Shown: positions 10,801 through 22,237 of the stretch, piece after piece
Position numbering within the stretch: position 1 is the stretch's first letter
Layout: every line of letters starts with the position of its first letter
Assembly: GCA_947245515.1 (NCBI GenBank)
Contig: CAMXQV010000006.1
Location: forward strand, 1-54,593
Length of the DNA: 54,593 nucleotides
Source: an uncultured Clostridium sp.
GTDB taxonomy: Bacteria > Bacillota > Clostridia > TANB77 > CAG-508
Direction: 5' to 3'
The notes under the pieces: model-generated
Seen by the model: the letters and a program-made list of their open reading frames with translations, nothing else
What the model was told of the DNA's origin: nothing
Databases searched by the model: none
Program-made: the position numbers and the translations under genes

Positions 10801-12234
10801 ATGTTGAAAAAAAATTTTAGTATTTTAATTATGATTTTAGTAATAGTGGGATTAAGAGGAAATGTATTTGGAAAAGATACATATACTGCTACATCTACTA
10901 TAAATGGAATAAAAGTAAATTGGGAATATCAGTTAAATGAAAAAAATCAAATTGAAAATTTAAAGTGCATAAATCCAGTAGAATTAAGAGGAAATATTAC
11001 AATTCCATCAGCTCTTGATGGAAAAACAATTATTTCTTTAGGAAGTAGTTCATTTAGGAGTGCAACTAATTTAACTAGTTTGACAATACCTAGTTCAATT
11101 AAAAAAATAAATTATAGAGCCTTTGAAAAATGTGATAATTTAACTAGTGTGAATTTAGGACAAATAGAAGATATAAGTTTTGATGTATTTAAAGATTGTC
11201 CAAAATTAACAAAAATAGAATTACCAAAAACATTAAAATATGGAGCGGATAATGGAATATTTACAGGAACAACAAAATTAACATCTGTTACCTTTGAAGA
11301 AGGAACAACAGAGATAGTAAGAGGAATTTTAAAGAATTGTAAAAATATTACAAAGGTAACAATTCCAAATAGTGTAATAAAAATAGGAAGTGGAGCATTT
11401 TCAAATTCTGGATTAACAGAAATTAAGTTACCTAATTCAGTTAAAGAAATAGATTATTATGCCTTTGAAAAATGTGATAATTTAACTAGTGTGAATTTAG
11501 GACAAATAGAAGATATAAGTTTTGATGTATTTAAAGATTGTCCAAAATTAACAAAAATAGAATTACCAAAAACATTAAAATATGGAGCGGATAATGGAAT
11601 ATTTACAGGAACAACAAAATTAACATCTGTTACCTTTGAAGAAGGAACAACAGAGATAGTAAGAGGAATTTTAAAGAATTGTAAAAATATTACAAAGGTA
11701 ACAATTCCAAATAGTGTAATAAAAATAGGAAGTGGAGCATTTTCAAATTCTGGATTAACAGAAATTAAGTTACCTAATTCAGTTAAAGAAATAGATTATT
11801 ATGCCTTTGAAAATTGTAGTAATTTAACAAAAGTAACTATTTTAGATAATTGTACACAAATAGGATGGTTTAGCCTTTATCCAAACAAAGATACAGTTTT
11901 TAATAATCATAATGATAATTTAACAATTTATTGTTATAAAGATTCAAAGATATCAGACTATGCAAAAGCAAATAATATAAAATATGTTTATTTAACAAGA
12001 ACAACAACAGAGATTAATACAGAAAAACAAAAAGAGAAAGAGCAAAATAAAGAAACAAAACCTACAAACATAACAAATTCTAATCAGAAACCAAAAGTAG
12101 AAGATACAACAATAGCAAAAGGAATATTGCCAAAAACAGGTGTATATATGACAATAGTATATGTTATAATATCAATTTTTATAATTTCATTTGTATTATA
12201 TAAGAAATATAATAATTATAAAGACGTTAAATAA
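10801..12234 (+). CDS. BspA-type leucine-rich-repeat surface protein with LPxTG-like anchor
   Basis: Signal peptide after GGGGAG RBS, repeats such as TKVTIPNSVIKIGSGAF, C-terminal LPKTG + hydrophobic helix + basic tail. Confidence 0.85.
   Translation: MLKKNFSILIMILVIVGLRGNVFGKDTYTATSTINGIKVNWEYQLNEKNQIENLKCINPVELRGNITIPSALDGKTIISLGSSSFRSATNLTSLTIPSSIKKINYRAFEKCDNLTSVNLGQIEDISFDVFKDCPKLTKIELPKTLKYGADNGIFTGTTKLTSVTFEEGTTEIVRGILKNCKNITKVTIPNSVIKIGSGAFSNSGLTEIKLPNSVKEIDYYAFEKCDNLTSVNLGQIEDISFDVFKDCPKLTKIELPKTLKYGADNGIFTGTTKLTSVTFEEGTTEIVRGILKNCKNITKVTIPNSVIKIGSGAFSNSGLTEIKLPNSVKEIDYYAFENCSNLTKVTILDNCTQIGWFSLYPNKDTVFNNHNDNLTIYCYKDSKISDYAKANNIKYVYLTRTTTEINTEKQKEKEQNKETKPTNITNSNQKPKVEDTTIAKGILPKTGVYMTIVYVIISIFIISFVLYKKYNNYKDVK
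11119..11802 (+). repeat. tandem 342-bp intragenic duplication (2 copies)
   Basis: 11119-11460 and 11461-11802 appear identical (114 aa each). Confidence 0.9.
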
Positions 12235-12282
12235 AAAATATATTATAAAAAAATCATATTATTGTAAATTAAAAATAATAGG

Positions 12283-12319
12283 AATCCTTGAAATACATAT
12301 ATAAATTCAAGGATTTTTT
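12283..12319 (+). terminator. intrinsic terminator after the LRR gene
   Basis: AATCCTTGAA...TTCAAGGATTTTTT. Confidence 0.55.
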
Positions 12320-12323
12320 ATTT

Positions 12324-12465
12324 TTTTATATAATAGGAAAGTATTACTTTCCTATTATATAAAGGCTATAATCACTATCTCTTTGAGATTTTCTCCTTAT
12401 AGTCGAAAACTCAAATCGAGTAAGAATAAATTAAAGAAAAATCAAAGATTTTACTTATTTATTCT
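12324..12465. repeat. structured intergenic repeat family A, copy 1
   Basis: Three consecutive hairpins; homologous to 36456-36593. Confidence 0.85.
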
Positions 12466-12480
12466 ATTAATAATAAAAAA

Positions 12481-12503
12481 ATATTGCCAAAATTCTCCGT
12501 CCC
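12481..12503 (+). repeat. 23-bp direct repeat, copy B
   Basis: ATATTGCCAAAATTCTCCGTCCC. Confidence 0.75.
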
Positions 12504-12566
12504 TAATGACAATTAAAAGAAAATAATATATAATAAAAGAGATAAATATAGAGAGGTATTTAACAA

Positions 12567-13931
12567 ATGGAAGAATCAAAAAAGAATAGCAAAGGTAAAT
12601 TTACAAAAATAATAGATATTATAATACTAATTATATTATTATTGGTATTATATTTTGCTTATAAATACTATCAAAAAAATAATTTTAATAATTATGTAAG
12701 AAGTGAATCTAATCCATATACATCAGAATTTATTAGAGATGACGAAGAGAAATATTCAGAAAGGGATAGTTACAAAATACAATCAGATAAATTTAATGAT
12801 GCAATGTTTTATAAAACTATTAAAGTAGAAAAGAATCAGCCATATAAAGTAACTTGTATGGTAAAAACAAAAGATGTAGAAGCAGAGGGAGAAAACTCAG
12901 GTATTGGAGCACAAATTTCGATTGAAGGTACTACAGAAAGGAGTATAGCAATTTCTGGTACAAAGGACTGGCAAAAGATAGAATTAATATTTAATTCTAA
13001 AAATAGAGATACCTTAAATTTAGGTTTTAGATTAGGTGGATATTTAGGCTCAGCAAAAGGAGAGGCATGGTTTTCAGATTTTACCTTTGAACAAGGAACT
13101 ACTAGTAAGGATAGTGAATGGAAATTTGCTTGTTTCATTTTTGAAACAACTGATGTAACAATAGGAGATAAAAAAATTAAACTAAACGTAACACGGAACA
13201 GATATAAGTGATATAACAGATACAATAAATAGATTTCAAAATTCATGTTATGAATTATCAGAAGGAAAAATGTCAGCAAAATGTAATATATATAAGTTAA
13301 ATAATCCTATTACAAAATTATCTTATGACCAAGAGTTTGGATATTATGTAGCACCAGAAGATGTAGAGGAACAAATTAAAGAAGTTGTTAAAGATAATGA
13401 TTTTGATCACATTTTTATAGTTTTAAAACTTCGGAGATGAACAACATGAAGATGACATACAGGTTAATGATTGGATAGGACTTCGGTTCAATGGATTATT
13501 ATGGAATTGGATTTTCTAATATTAGATTACCAAATAGTACTAAAAGTTATATTTATAAATATAACACAAAATCGAATACTTTCCCAGAAGAAGTATTATT
13601 ACATGAGTTTTTACATTCTTTAGAAAGAACAGCTGAAGAATATGGATTTGAAAGACCAGAATTGCATGATTATGAAAAATATGGTTATAAAAATGAAAAT
13701 TTAATAGGTCAAAAGAAATGGTATACAGATTATATGAACAAAAATATATCAACTAGTAATGGAAAAATAGGATTACCAAAGGAAATATTTATTTTGAAAC
13801 CAGCCAAAAACAGTAATTTTAAATATTCAAATACAATTAAGGAATTTAAACAACCAGAAAATATAATTGAAGAAATAAAAGAGCTATTTAATAACCTAAT
13901 AAATAGATTCACTATAAAACAAACAACATAA
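12567..13931 (+). CDS. membrane-anchored protein with carbohydrate-binding-like beta domain and C-terminal HEXXH putative zinc metallopeptidase, ~453 aa, needing three +1 shifts at CGG 13194, 13432, 13484
   Basis: N-terminal TM helix, ISGTKDWQKIELIFNS...GEAWFSDF, LLHEFLHSLE. The segments between the CGG sites are open and have typical codon usage. Confidence 0.7.
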
Positions 13932-13969
13932 TTAAAAGTAAAAAATTTAAAATAGGAGAAATAATATAA

Positions 13970-15020
13970 GTGAAAGTATCAGAATTTAATTATGAATTAC
14001 CAGAAGAATTAATAGCACAAACACCAATAAAACAAAGAGACGAATCAAGATTAATGATATTAAATAAAAAAGACCAAACAATAGAACACAAAATTTTTAA
14101 GGATATAATTAATTATTTAAAACCAGGAGATGTATTAGTAAGAAATAATACAAAAGTAATACCAGCAAGAATTTATGGAAAAAAAGACACAGGAGCTAAG
14201 GTAGAATTTTTATTATTAAATAATATAGAAGGAGACCTTTGGGAATCAATAGTAAGACCTGGAAATAAATTACATGTAGGAACAAAAGTAATATTTGGAG
14301 AAGGAAGCTTAGAAGCAGAAATATTAGAAATTTTACCAGGAGGAACAAGAAAAGTAAAATTTAGTTATGAAGGAATCTTTAATGAAATCTTAGATAAAAT
14401 TGGATTAATGCCCTTACCACCATATATACATGAAGAACTAAAAGAAAAAGATAGATATCAAACAGTATATGCAAAATACAAAGGTTCAGCAGCAGCACCA
14501 ACTGCAGGATTACATTTTACACCAGAACTATTTAAAAAATTGCAAGAAAAAGGAATAGAAATAGCAAATGTAACACTTCATGTAGGAATTGGAACCTTTA
14601 GACCAGTAAAAGAAGATACAGTAGAGGCACATGAAATGCATTCAGAACACTTTTATATAAAACCAGAAGACTGTGAAATAATAAATAAGGCAAAACAAGA
14701 AGGAAGAAGAGTAATAGCAATTCGGAACAACCTCATGTAGAGTATTAGAAACAATTGCAGACAAAGAAACAGGACAAGTACAACCACAAGAAACAGACAC
14801 AAAAATATTTATATATCCAGGTTATAAATTCAAATGCATAGATGGACTAATAACGAACTTTCACTTGCCACAATCAACCTTATTAATGCTTGTATCAGCC
14901 TTAGCTGGAAAAGAATATATAATGAAAGCCTATAAAGAGGCAGTAGAAGAAAAATACAGATTTTTTAGCTTTGGTGATGCAATGATGATTTTAGGGACGG
15001 AGGAAAAAATCATGGACTAA
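13970..15020 (+). CDS. queA: S-adenosylmethionine:tRNA ribosyltransferase-isomerase, ~349 aa, needing a +1 shift at CGG 14723
   Basis: [34 protein letters not shown]. After the shift: [13 protein letters not shown]...[16 protein letters not shown]...[10 protein letters not shown]. Confidence 0.93.
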
Positions 15021-15030
15021 TTTTAGATTT

Positions 15031-15073
15031 TTTATATAATTAGAAAGTCATGTTAACTTTCCATTATATAAAA
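15031..15073. repeat. partial, diverged copy of the first hairpin of repeat family A (possible terminator)
   Basis: TTTATATAATTAGAAAGT...ACTTTCCATTATATAAA resembles 12324-12362. Confidence 0.5.
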
Positions 15074-15136
15074 TAGTATAATTAATATGTAAAGTTAATT
15101 TATAGTATTTAAATAAAAATAAATAGGGGAAATAAA

Positions 15137-15725
15137 ATGAAGAATAAAATAATTTTAGCATCTAATAATAAAAATAAAATAATAGAATATGCAGAAATAT
15201 TAAAAGCTTTTGGAATTGAAGTAATTTCTCAAAAAGAAGCAGGTTTTGATATAGAAGTTGAAGAAACAGGTAAAACCTTTGCAGAAAATGCTATAATAAA
15301 AGCAGAAGCAATATATAAACAAAGTGGACAAACAGTTATATCAGAAGATAGTGGAATTATAATAGATTATCTAAATGGGATGCCAGGAGTATATTCACAT
15401 AGATTTTTACGGAGAAAATCTACCAGCTAGGGAAAAGTGTGAAAAAGTTTTAGAACTTATGAAAGATGCAAAGGATAATGAAAGAACTGCGAGATTTATT
15501 TGTGCAATATGTTTTATTGACGAAAATGGCAAAAAGCATATTTTTGAAGGAATTTGTGAAGGGAAAATTAGTACAGAAGTTAGAGGAAACACTGACTTTT
15601 GTTATGATTATATATTTTTATACAAAGATAAAACCTTTGCAGAAATTAGTATAGAAGAAAAAAACAAAGTAAGTCATAGAAAAGAAGCTTTAAATAAATT
15701 TATTAAATATTTAAAAGAAGGCTAA
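15137..15725 (+). CDS. rdgB: RdgB/HAM1 non-canonical purine NTP pyrophosphatase, ~195 aa, needing a +1 shift at CGG 15410
   Basis: LASNNKNK, EETGKTFAENAIIKA, EDSG, GMPGVYSHRFL-G..., RTARFICAI, TFAEISIEEKNKVSHR. Confidence 0.9.
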
Positions 15726-15770
15726 AAAGTTATCAAATATTGTTAGTTTAGAAAGAAAGGTTTATAAAAT

Positions 15771-16517
15771 ATGATAATAGAAATAACAAAGCCACTAGAG
15801 ATAAAATTAGAAAAAGAAAAAGTACAATTACCAACAGAACTAAAAGAAAAAATAGAAAGATTTTGGAAAGACCTAATAAAAGAACATCCTAATTTTTGGG
15901 ATGGAGAAAATATATGTGTTAACAAATTTGAAAAATTAGAGGATAAGCAAGTACTTTTTTGTAAAAAAACAAAGTACTCACATTATTTATATGATGAAAG
16001 AATTGGTATTAAGGATAAAAAATATTGTGGGGTTTGCTTATGGGGAGGAATTTTGTTAAAAACAAAGGATAATTATTTTCTATTAGGAGAAATGGCAGAA
16101 ACAACATCTACTCCTCTATGTATAGAAACTTGTGGTGGAGGAGCAGATGAGCAAGATATAGATGGAGATAATATTAATATTATAAAAACGATTGAAAGAG
16201 AATTAAAAGAAGAGTTAAATTTACAATTAAATAATTCAAGTCAAATAACAAAATATGAAATAAAATATTTAGAAATACCAGAAGGAAAGAGACATGCATA
16301 TGGTGTATTAGCAGTTGGAAACTTAAATATGACAAAAGAACAAATGGAAGAACATTATAAAAAATATTTGAAGTATCTAAAAGAAAATCAATTAGAAATA
16401 GAGTTTAAAAGTATGAAATTTTTACCAATCACAAATGCAAAAGAAATTCTAGAAAATATGCAAAATCCTAAAAGAGATTATCTATTTGAATTATTAGAAA
16501 AAGAAGAAAAGAGTTAA
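15771..16517 (+). CDS. Nudix-hydrolase-like protein
   Basis: Degenerate Nudix box CGGGADEQD...IERELKEELNL. Confidence 0.6.
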   Translation: MIIEITKPLEIKLEKEKVQLPTELKEKIERFWKDLIKEHPNFWDGENICVNKFEKLEDKQVLFCKKTKYSHYLYDERIGIKDKKYCGVCLWGGILLKTKDNYFLLGEMAETTSTPLCIETCGGGADEQDIDGDNINIIKTIERELKEELNLQLNNSSQITKYEIKYLEIPEGKRHAYGVLAVGNLNMTKEQMEEHYKKYLKYLKENQLEIEFKSMKFLPITNAKEILENMQNPKRDYLFELLEKEEKS

Positions 16518-16594
16518 TAAAAAGCCAGAATTAAGATTTACTAACGCATAACGTATCTGTGTGAATTAAAAAGGTTATAGCAATCAAATATTAA

Positions 16595-17761
<1,167 letters not shown>

Positions 17762-17774
17762 GGAGGTACAAACG

Positions 17775-19388
17775 ATGAATCTAATAGAAGATAGTTTTCA
17801 AACTAAGAAAGAAGAAAAAAATAGAAAAGTTTTAAAAATAGTTATTTTAGTTAGTATTGTATTAGTAGTATTTATTATTATAGGTATATTAGGTTATTTA
17901 TCGTACTTAAAAAACAGTGAATTAAAAGTATATTTAGATGAACAATTAAATCCAAAATTAAAAGAATTATTAGTTATAGAAGAAGATGGCACAGTGTCTT
18001 TTCCAGTAAAAGAAGTTGCACCCTTCTTTGGATATGATAGTTATAATGGAGAATATACAAATAAATCTGAAAATAAAAGTAAATGTTATGTTCAATCTAA
18101 GACAGAAGTTGTAAATGTTTCTTTAGGTTCAAATAAAATATATAAATTAGAATTAACACAAAATTCATCAAATTACAAATATATATATTTAAAAGAAGCA
18201 ATAAAATCTAATCAAGGAACTTTATATGCAAAAGAAGAAGCAGCAAGTAAAATATTTAACCTTAGTTTTGAATATAATAAAGAGAAAAATATAATAGAAA
18301 TTTATACAACACCATATTTGGTGACTGCTTATAACAGTGTTGTTCTTGACTATGGATATTCTAAAATAAGTCAAAACTATAATAATCAAAAAGCAATATT
18401 AAATGGAATTTTAGTTGTTGAAAGTTCAAATTCAAAAGTTGGAGTAATAGATATTGAAGGAAATATTATCTTAGAAGCTAAATATGATGATATTACCTAT
18501 CTTCCAGATACAGGAGACTTTTTAGTAAAATCAAACAATAAATATGGAATTATGTCTAAATCAAGAGAGATGAAAGTACAAATAATGTATGATAGTATTG
18601 AACTTATGGATAGTGATGCAAATTTATATCTAGTAAAAAAAGATAATAAATATGGAATAATTGATTTCCAGGGAAATATTAAAGTTTACACTGAATATGA
18701 TGAAATAGGAATTGATATTTCCAAATTCCAAGAAAATAATATAAAAAATAATTATTTGTTAGTAAATAATTTAATACCAATTAAAAAAGATGGATTATGG
18801 GGATTATTTAACAAAAATGGAAAACAATTAGTTGAATTTAAATATGATAGCTTTGGATATATTGCATCAAGTAATAAAAATGCTATAAATTTACTTGTTA
18901 TTCCAGATTATGATGTCTTAGTTGCAAGTATAGATAATAAATATACTTTAATAAATTCTTCAGGACAAGAATTATTTCCAACAGTTGCTGATGATATCTA
19001 TATGACTGTAGAAGCAGGTGAAACTCATTACTATATTGCAGTAAATAATGGACAAATGGATGCTATTGAATATCTAGAAAGAAGAGGTATAAAAACAACA
19101 AATAATAATGAACAAGACACAACAAATTCTGATAATTCTAAGGAATTATTAAAGGGGACAGATAATGAGCAAAATAATGAAAGTGAAGAAGCTTTAAATA
19201 AAGATAGAAATAGTGAAGAGCAACAAAATAATAATGAAACAAATAATGAAGATCAAAATAATGAAAATCAAGAAAAAGATAGTGAAACTGATAATTCAAG
19301 ACAAAACCTAGATGAACAACAAGATAATAGTGATAACGAACAAAATGACAATACAGAAGAACAAACTTCAGAAGAAGAGCAAGAATAA
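17775..19388 (+). CDS. membrane-anchored WG-repeat-like protein with acidic Asn/Glu/Gln-rich tail
   Basis: AGGAGG RBS, N-terminal TM helix, repeats KYGIIDFQGNI / LWGLFNKNGKQLVEFKYD, low-complexity C-terminus. Confidence 0.7.
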   Translation: MNLIEDSFQTKKEEKNRKVLKIVILVSIVLVVFIIIGILGYLSYLKNSELKVYLDEQLNPKLKELLVIEEDGTVSFPVKEVAPFFGYDSYNGEYTNKSENKSKCYVQSKTEVVNVSLGSNKIYKLELTQNSSNYKYIYLKEAIKSNQGTLYAKEEAASKIFNLSFEYNKEKNIIEIYTTPYLVTAYNSVVLDYGYSKISQNYNNQKAILNGILVVESSNSKVGVIDIEGNIILEAKYDDITYLPDTGDFLVKSNNKYGIMSKSREMKVQIMYDSIELMDSDANLYLVKKDNKYGIIDFQGNIKVYTEYDEIGIDISKFQENNIKNNYLLVNNLIPIKKDGLWGLFNKNGKQLVEFKYDSFGYIASSNKNAINLLVIPDYDVLVASIDNKYTLINSSGQELFPTVADDIYMTVEAGETHYYIAVNNGQMDAIEYLERRGIKTTNNNEQDTTNSDNSKELLKGTDNEQNNESEEALNKDRNSEEQQNNNETNNEDQNNENQEKDSETDNSRQNLDEQQDNSDNEQNDNTEEQTSEEEQE

Positions 19389-19395
19389 AGAAAAA

Positions 19396-19430
19396 TAAGG
19401 TACAGGTTAAAAAATATAATCTGTACCTTA
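19396..19430 (+). terminator. hairpin after the WG-repeat gene
   Basis: TAAGGTACAG...CTGTACCTTA inverted repeat. Confidence 0.5.
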
Positions 19431-19569
19431 AAAGCTTTAAAGATGTAAGAAAAATATTTGTAAAAAATAGCAAAAACATATTTACATTTAAAAAGAAAAT
19501 GTATAAAATAAAATACAAGAAAAAAGTCGAAAAAACAAAAGAAGGTATAAAGAGAAAGGGTGTGTGTTG

Positions 19570-20862
19570 ATGAAAATATTAATGTTAACATGGGAATATC
19601 CGCCAAGAGTAGTAGGTGGAATAGCAAGAGTAGTAGCAGACTTATCAAGAACCTTATTAAAAGATGGTCATGATGTAACAGTAGTAACCTATAGAGAAGG
19701 AGATGCACCATATTTTGAAGATGATAAAGGAATAAAAGTCTATAGAGTAGATAATTACATGATAAATCCAAACAACTTTATTGATTGGGTTATGCAATTA
19801 AACTTTAATATGGTAGCAAAAGCAAACGAAATTATGTTAAAAGAAGGAAATTTTGATGTAATACATGCACATGATTGGTTAGTTGCATATGCTGCGAAAA
19901 CAATAAAAAATTCCTATAACATACCAATAGTTTCAACGATACATGCAACAGAAGCGGGAAGAAATAGTGGAATACATGATGAAACACAAAGATATATAAA
20001 TGATACAGAATGGATGTTAACCTATGAAGCATCAGAAGTAATAGTAAATAGTAATTATATGAAAAATGAATTACAAAGACTATTTGGTTTACCATATGAA
20101 AAAATAAATGTAATACCAAATGGAGTCAATCTAAACTTGTTTAATGGTGTAGAAAGAGATTATAACTTTAGAAGAAGATATGCAATGGACAACGAAAAAA
20201 TAATATTATTTATGGGTCGATTAGTATATGAAAAAGGAATACAACATTTAATATCAGCAATGCCAAAAATCCTACAAGGATATAGAGATAGCAAACTTAT
20301 AATATGTGGAAAAGGTGGAATGTTAGAGGAACTAAGGCAACAAGTAAGAGCTTTAGGAATAGAAAATAAAGTTTATTTTGCAGGATATATGAATGGAAAA
20401 GATGTACAGAAAATGTATAAATCAGCTGATATAGCTGTATTTCCTAGCACCTATGAACCCTTTGGAATAGTAGCCTTAGAGGCAATGCTGTCAGAAAATC
20501 CAATAGTAGTTTCAGATATTGGGGGCTTAAATGAAATTGTAGAACATAAAGTAAATGGAATGAAATCTTATTGTGGAAATCCTAATTCTATTGCAGATTC
20601 TATACTACAGTTATTATATGATCATAAATTATGTGCAGATATTACTAAAAAAGCTAAAAATACAGTTAGAAATGAATATAATTGGAGTAAAATAGCACAA
20701 GATACACATTTTACCTATCAAAAGGCAATATGTCAATCAGTTGCGGAAAAACAAAAAAGAGAAATTGAACAAGAAAGAGCAAGAAAAACTAAAAAAGCTA
20801 AAAATACAGAAAATGAAATTACCAATTTACTTAGCTTTAAAAAACGTCATGCATATGCATAA
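19570..20862 (+). CDS. GT4-family glycosyltransferase
   Basis: MKILMLTWEYPPRVVGG, HAHDWL, GRLVYEKG, PSTYEPFGIVALEAM. Confidence 0.9.
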   Translation: MKILMLTWEYPPRVVGGIARVVADLSRTLLKDGHDVTVVTYREGDAPYFEDDKGIKVYRVDNYMINPNNFIDWVMQLNFNMVAKANEIMLKEGNFDVIHAHDWLVAYAAKTIKNSYNIPIVSTIHATEAGRNSGIHDETQRYINDTEWMLTYEASEVIVNSNYMKNELQRLFGLPYEKINVIPNGVNLNLFNGVERDYNFRRRYAMDNEKIILFMGRLVYEKGIQHLISAMPKILQGYRDSKLIICGKGGMLEELRQQVRALGIENKVYFAGYMNGKDVQKMYKSADIAVFPSTYEPFGIVALEAMLSENPIVVSDIGGLNEIVEHKVNGMKSYCGNPNSIADSILQLLYDHKLCADITKKAKNTVRNEYNWSKIAQDTHFTYQKAICQSVAEKQKREIEQERARKTKKAKNTENEITNLLSFKKRHAYA

Positions 20863-21077
20863 AACAACTCAAAACGAACAAGATAGAAATAAAGATTAAA
20901 AAAATTATATTATTTTAAATTATAGCAATAAAAATTTTTGAATTTACATAGGTATTTTCAAAGATTTTTTACTTTTTACAACCCTTTTTAAAAATTTATA
21001 AAAAAAATTTTAAATTCTACAAATTTAGCAAAAAAATAGTGTATAATAGAAAAAGAAAAAATAAGAGAGGTACAGAA

Positions 21078-21980
21078 ATGTCAGAATTCAAATCAGGATT
21101 TGTAGCTTTAATTGGAAGAACAAATGTAGGAAAATCAACCTTACTAAATTTGTTAGTAGGAGAAAAAGTAGCAGCAATTGCAAACAAAGTACAAACAACA
21201 AGAACAGCCATAAAAGGAATAGTAAATAGAGAAAAATCACAAATAATATTTATAGACACACCAGGAATTCATAAACCAAAAACGAAACTAAATGAAACAA
21301 TGATAGAAACCGCCTTTACTAGTATTGCAGATGCAGATATAGTAGTATTTTTAATAGAAGCCACAAGTGAAGAAATAGGAAAAGGAGATAGAATAATACT
21401 AGACAAAATAAAAGAAGCAAAAAGAAAAACAATACTTCTTATAAACAAAATTGATTTAATAAAAAGAGAAAAACTACTAAAGCTAATAGAAATATATAAC
21501 AAAGAATATAATTTTGAAGCAATAATTCCAATTTCAGCTACAAACGCAAAATATAAAAATATAATTTTAGATGAAATAGAAAAGAACCTAAAAAATGGGC
21601 CAGCATATTATGATATAGAAGAATATACTGATCAAACCATAAGACAATTAGCAGAAGAGACCATTAGAGAAAAAGCTTTAAAACTATTACAAGATGAAGT
21701 ACCACATGGAATTTATATAGAAGTAGAAAAAATGCAACAAAGAAAAAATAAAGATAAAGAAGATATTTATGATATAGAAGCAACAATATATTGCTTAAGA
21801 AATTCGCATAAAGGAATAATTATAGGAAAAAATGGAGAAATGCTAAAAAGAATTGGAAAATCAGCTAGAATTGACATGGAAAAAAATTTCGGTGTTAAAA
21901 TTAATCTAAAAACTTGGGTAAAAGTCAAAGAAGCTTGGCAAGAAAAGGATACGATAGTAAAAAAATTTAAATTACAATAA
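21078..21980 (+). CDS. era: GTPase Era
   Basis: GRTNVGKSTL, QTTR, DTPG, NKID, KH domain HKGIIIGKNG. Confidence 0.95.
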   Translation: MSEFKSGFVALIGRTNVGKSTLLNLLVGEKVAAIANKVQTTRTAIKGIVNREKSQIIFIDTPGIHKPKTKLNETMIETAFTSIADADIVVFLIEATSEEIGKGDRIILDKIKEAKRKTILLINKIDLIKREKLLKLIEIYNKEYNFEAIIPISATNAKYKNIILDEIEKNLKNGPAYYDIEEYTDQTIRQLAEETIREKALKLLQDEVPHGIYIEVEKMQQRKNKDKEDIYDIEATIYCLRNSHKGIIIGKNGEMLKRIGKSARIDMEKNFGVKINLKTWVKVKEAWQEKDTIVKKFKLQ

Positions 21981-22059
21981 ATTTTAGTAAAACTGTATAA
22001 ATTATTATAATTTGCAAAAGATAATTTAAAGGTAAAACTTTAAAAAAGGAAGTGAGCAT

Positions 22060-22233
22060 ATGATAAAAAAAATAGCATGGGATGCCTTTAAAAATACAGG
22101 CGATATTAATGCATTTTTAGAATTAAAACAAATAGAAAGCCTTGAAAATAATATAAAAGATATACAACAAATTACAAATTTGAATTTAAAGGATAATAAA
22201 GTAATAGATAATACTAACCAAAAGGTGGATTAA
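22060..22233 (+). CDS. yqzL: YqzL-family small protein (57 aa, absent from the ORF track)
   Basis: MIKKIAWDAFKNTGDINAFLELK...; lies in the usual position between era and recO. Confidence 0.75.
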   Translation: MIKKIAWDAFKNTGDINAFLELKQIESLENNIKDIQQITNLNLKDNKVIDNTNQKVD

Positions 22234-22237
22234 GAAA

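Noticed and set aside
19100-19388. Asn/Glu/Gln-rich low-complexity stretch as a DNA repeat element
   Set aside because: It is an ordinary disordered protein tail with no exact repeat unit.
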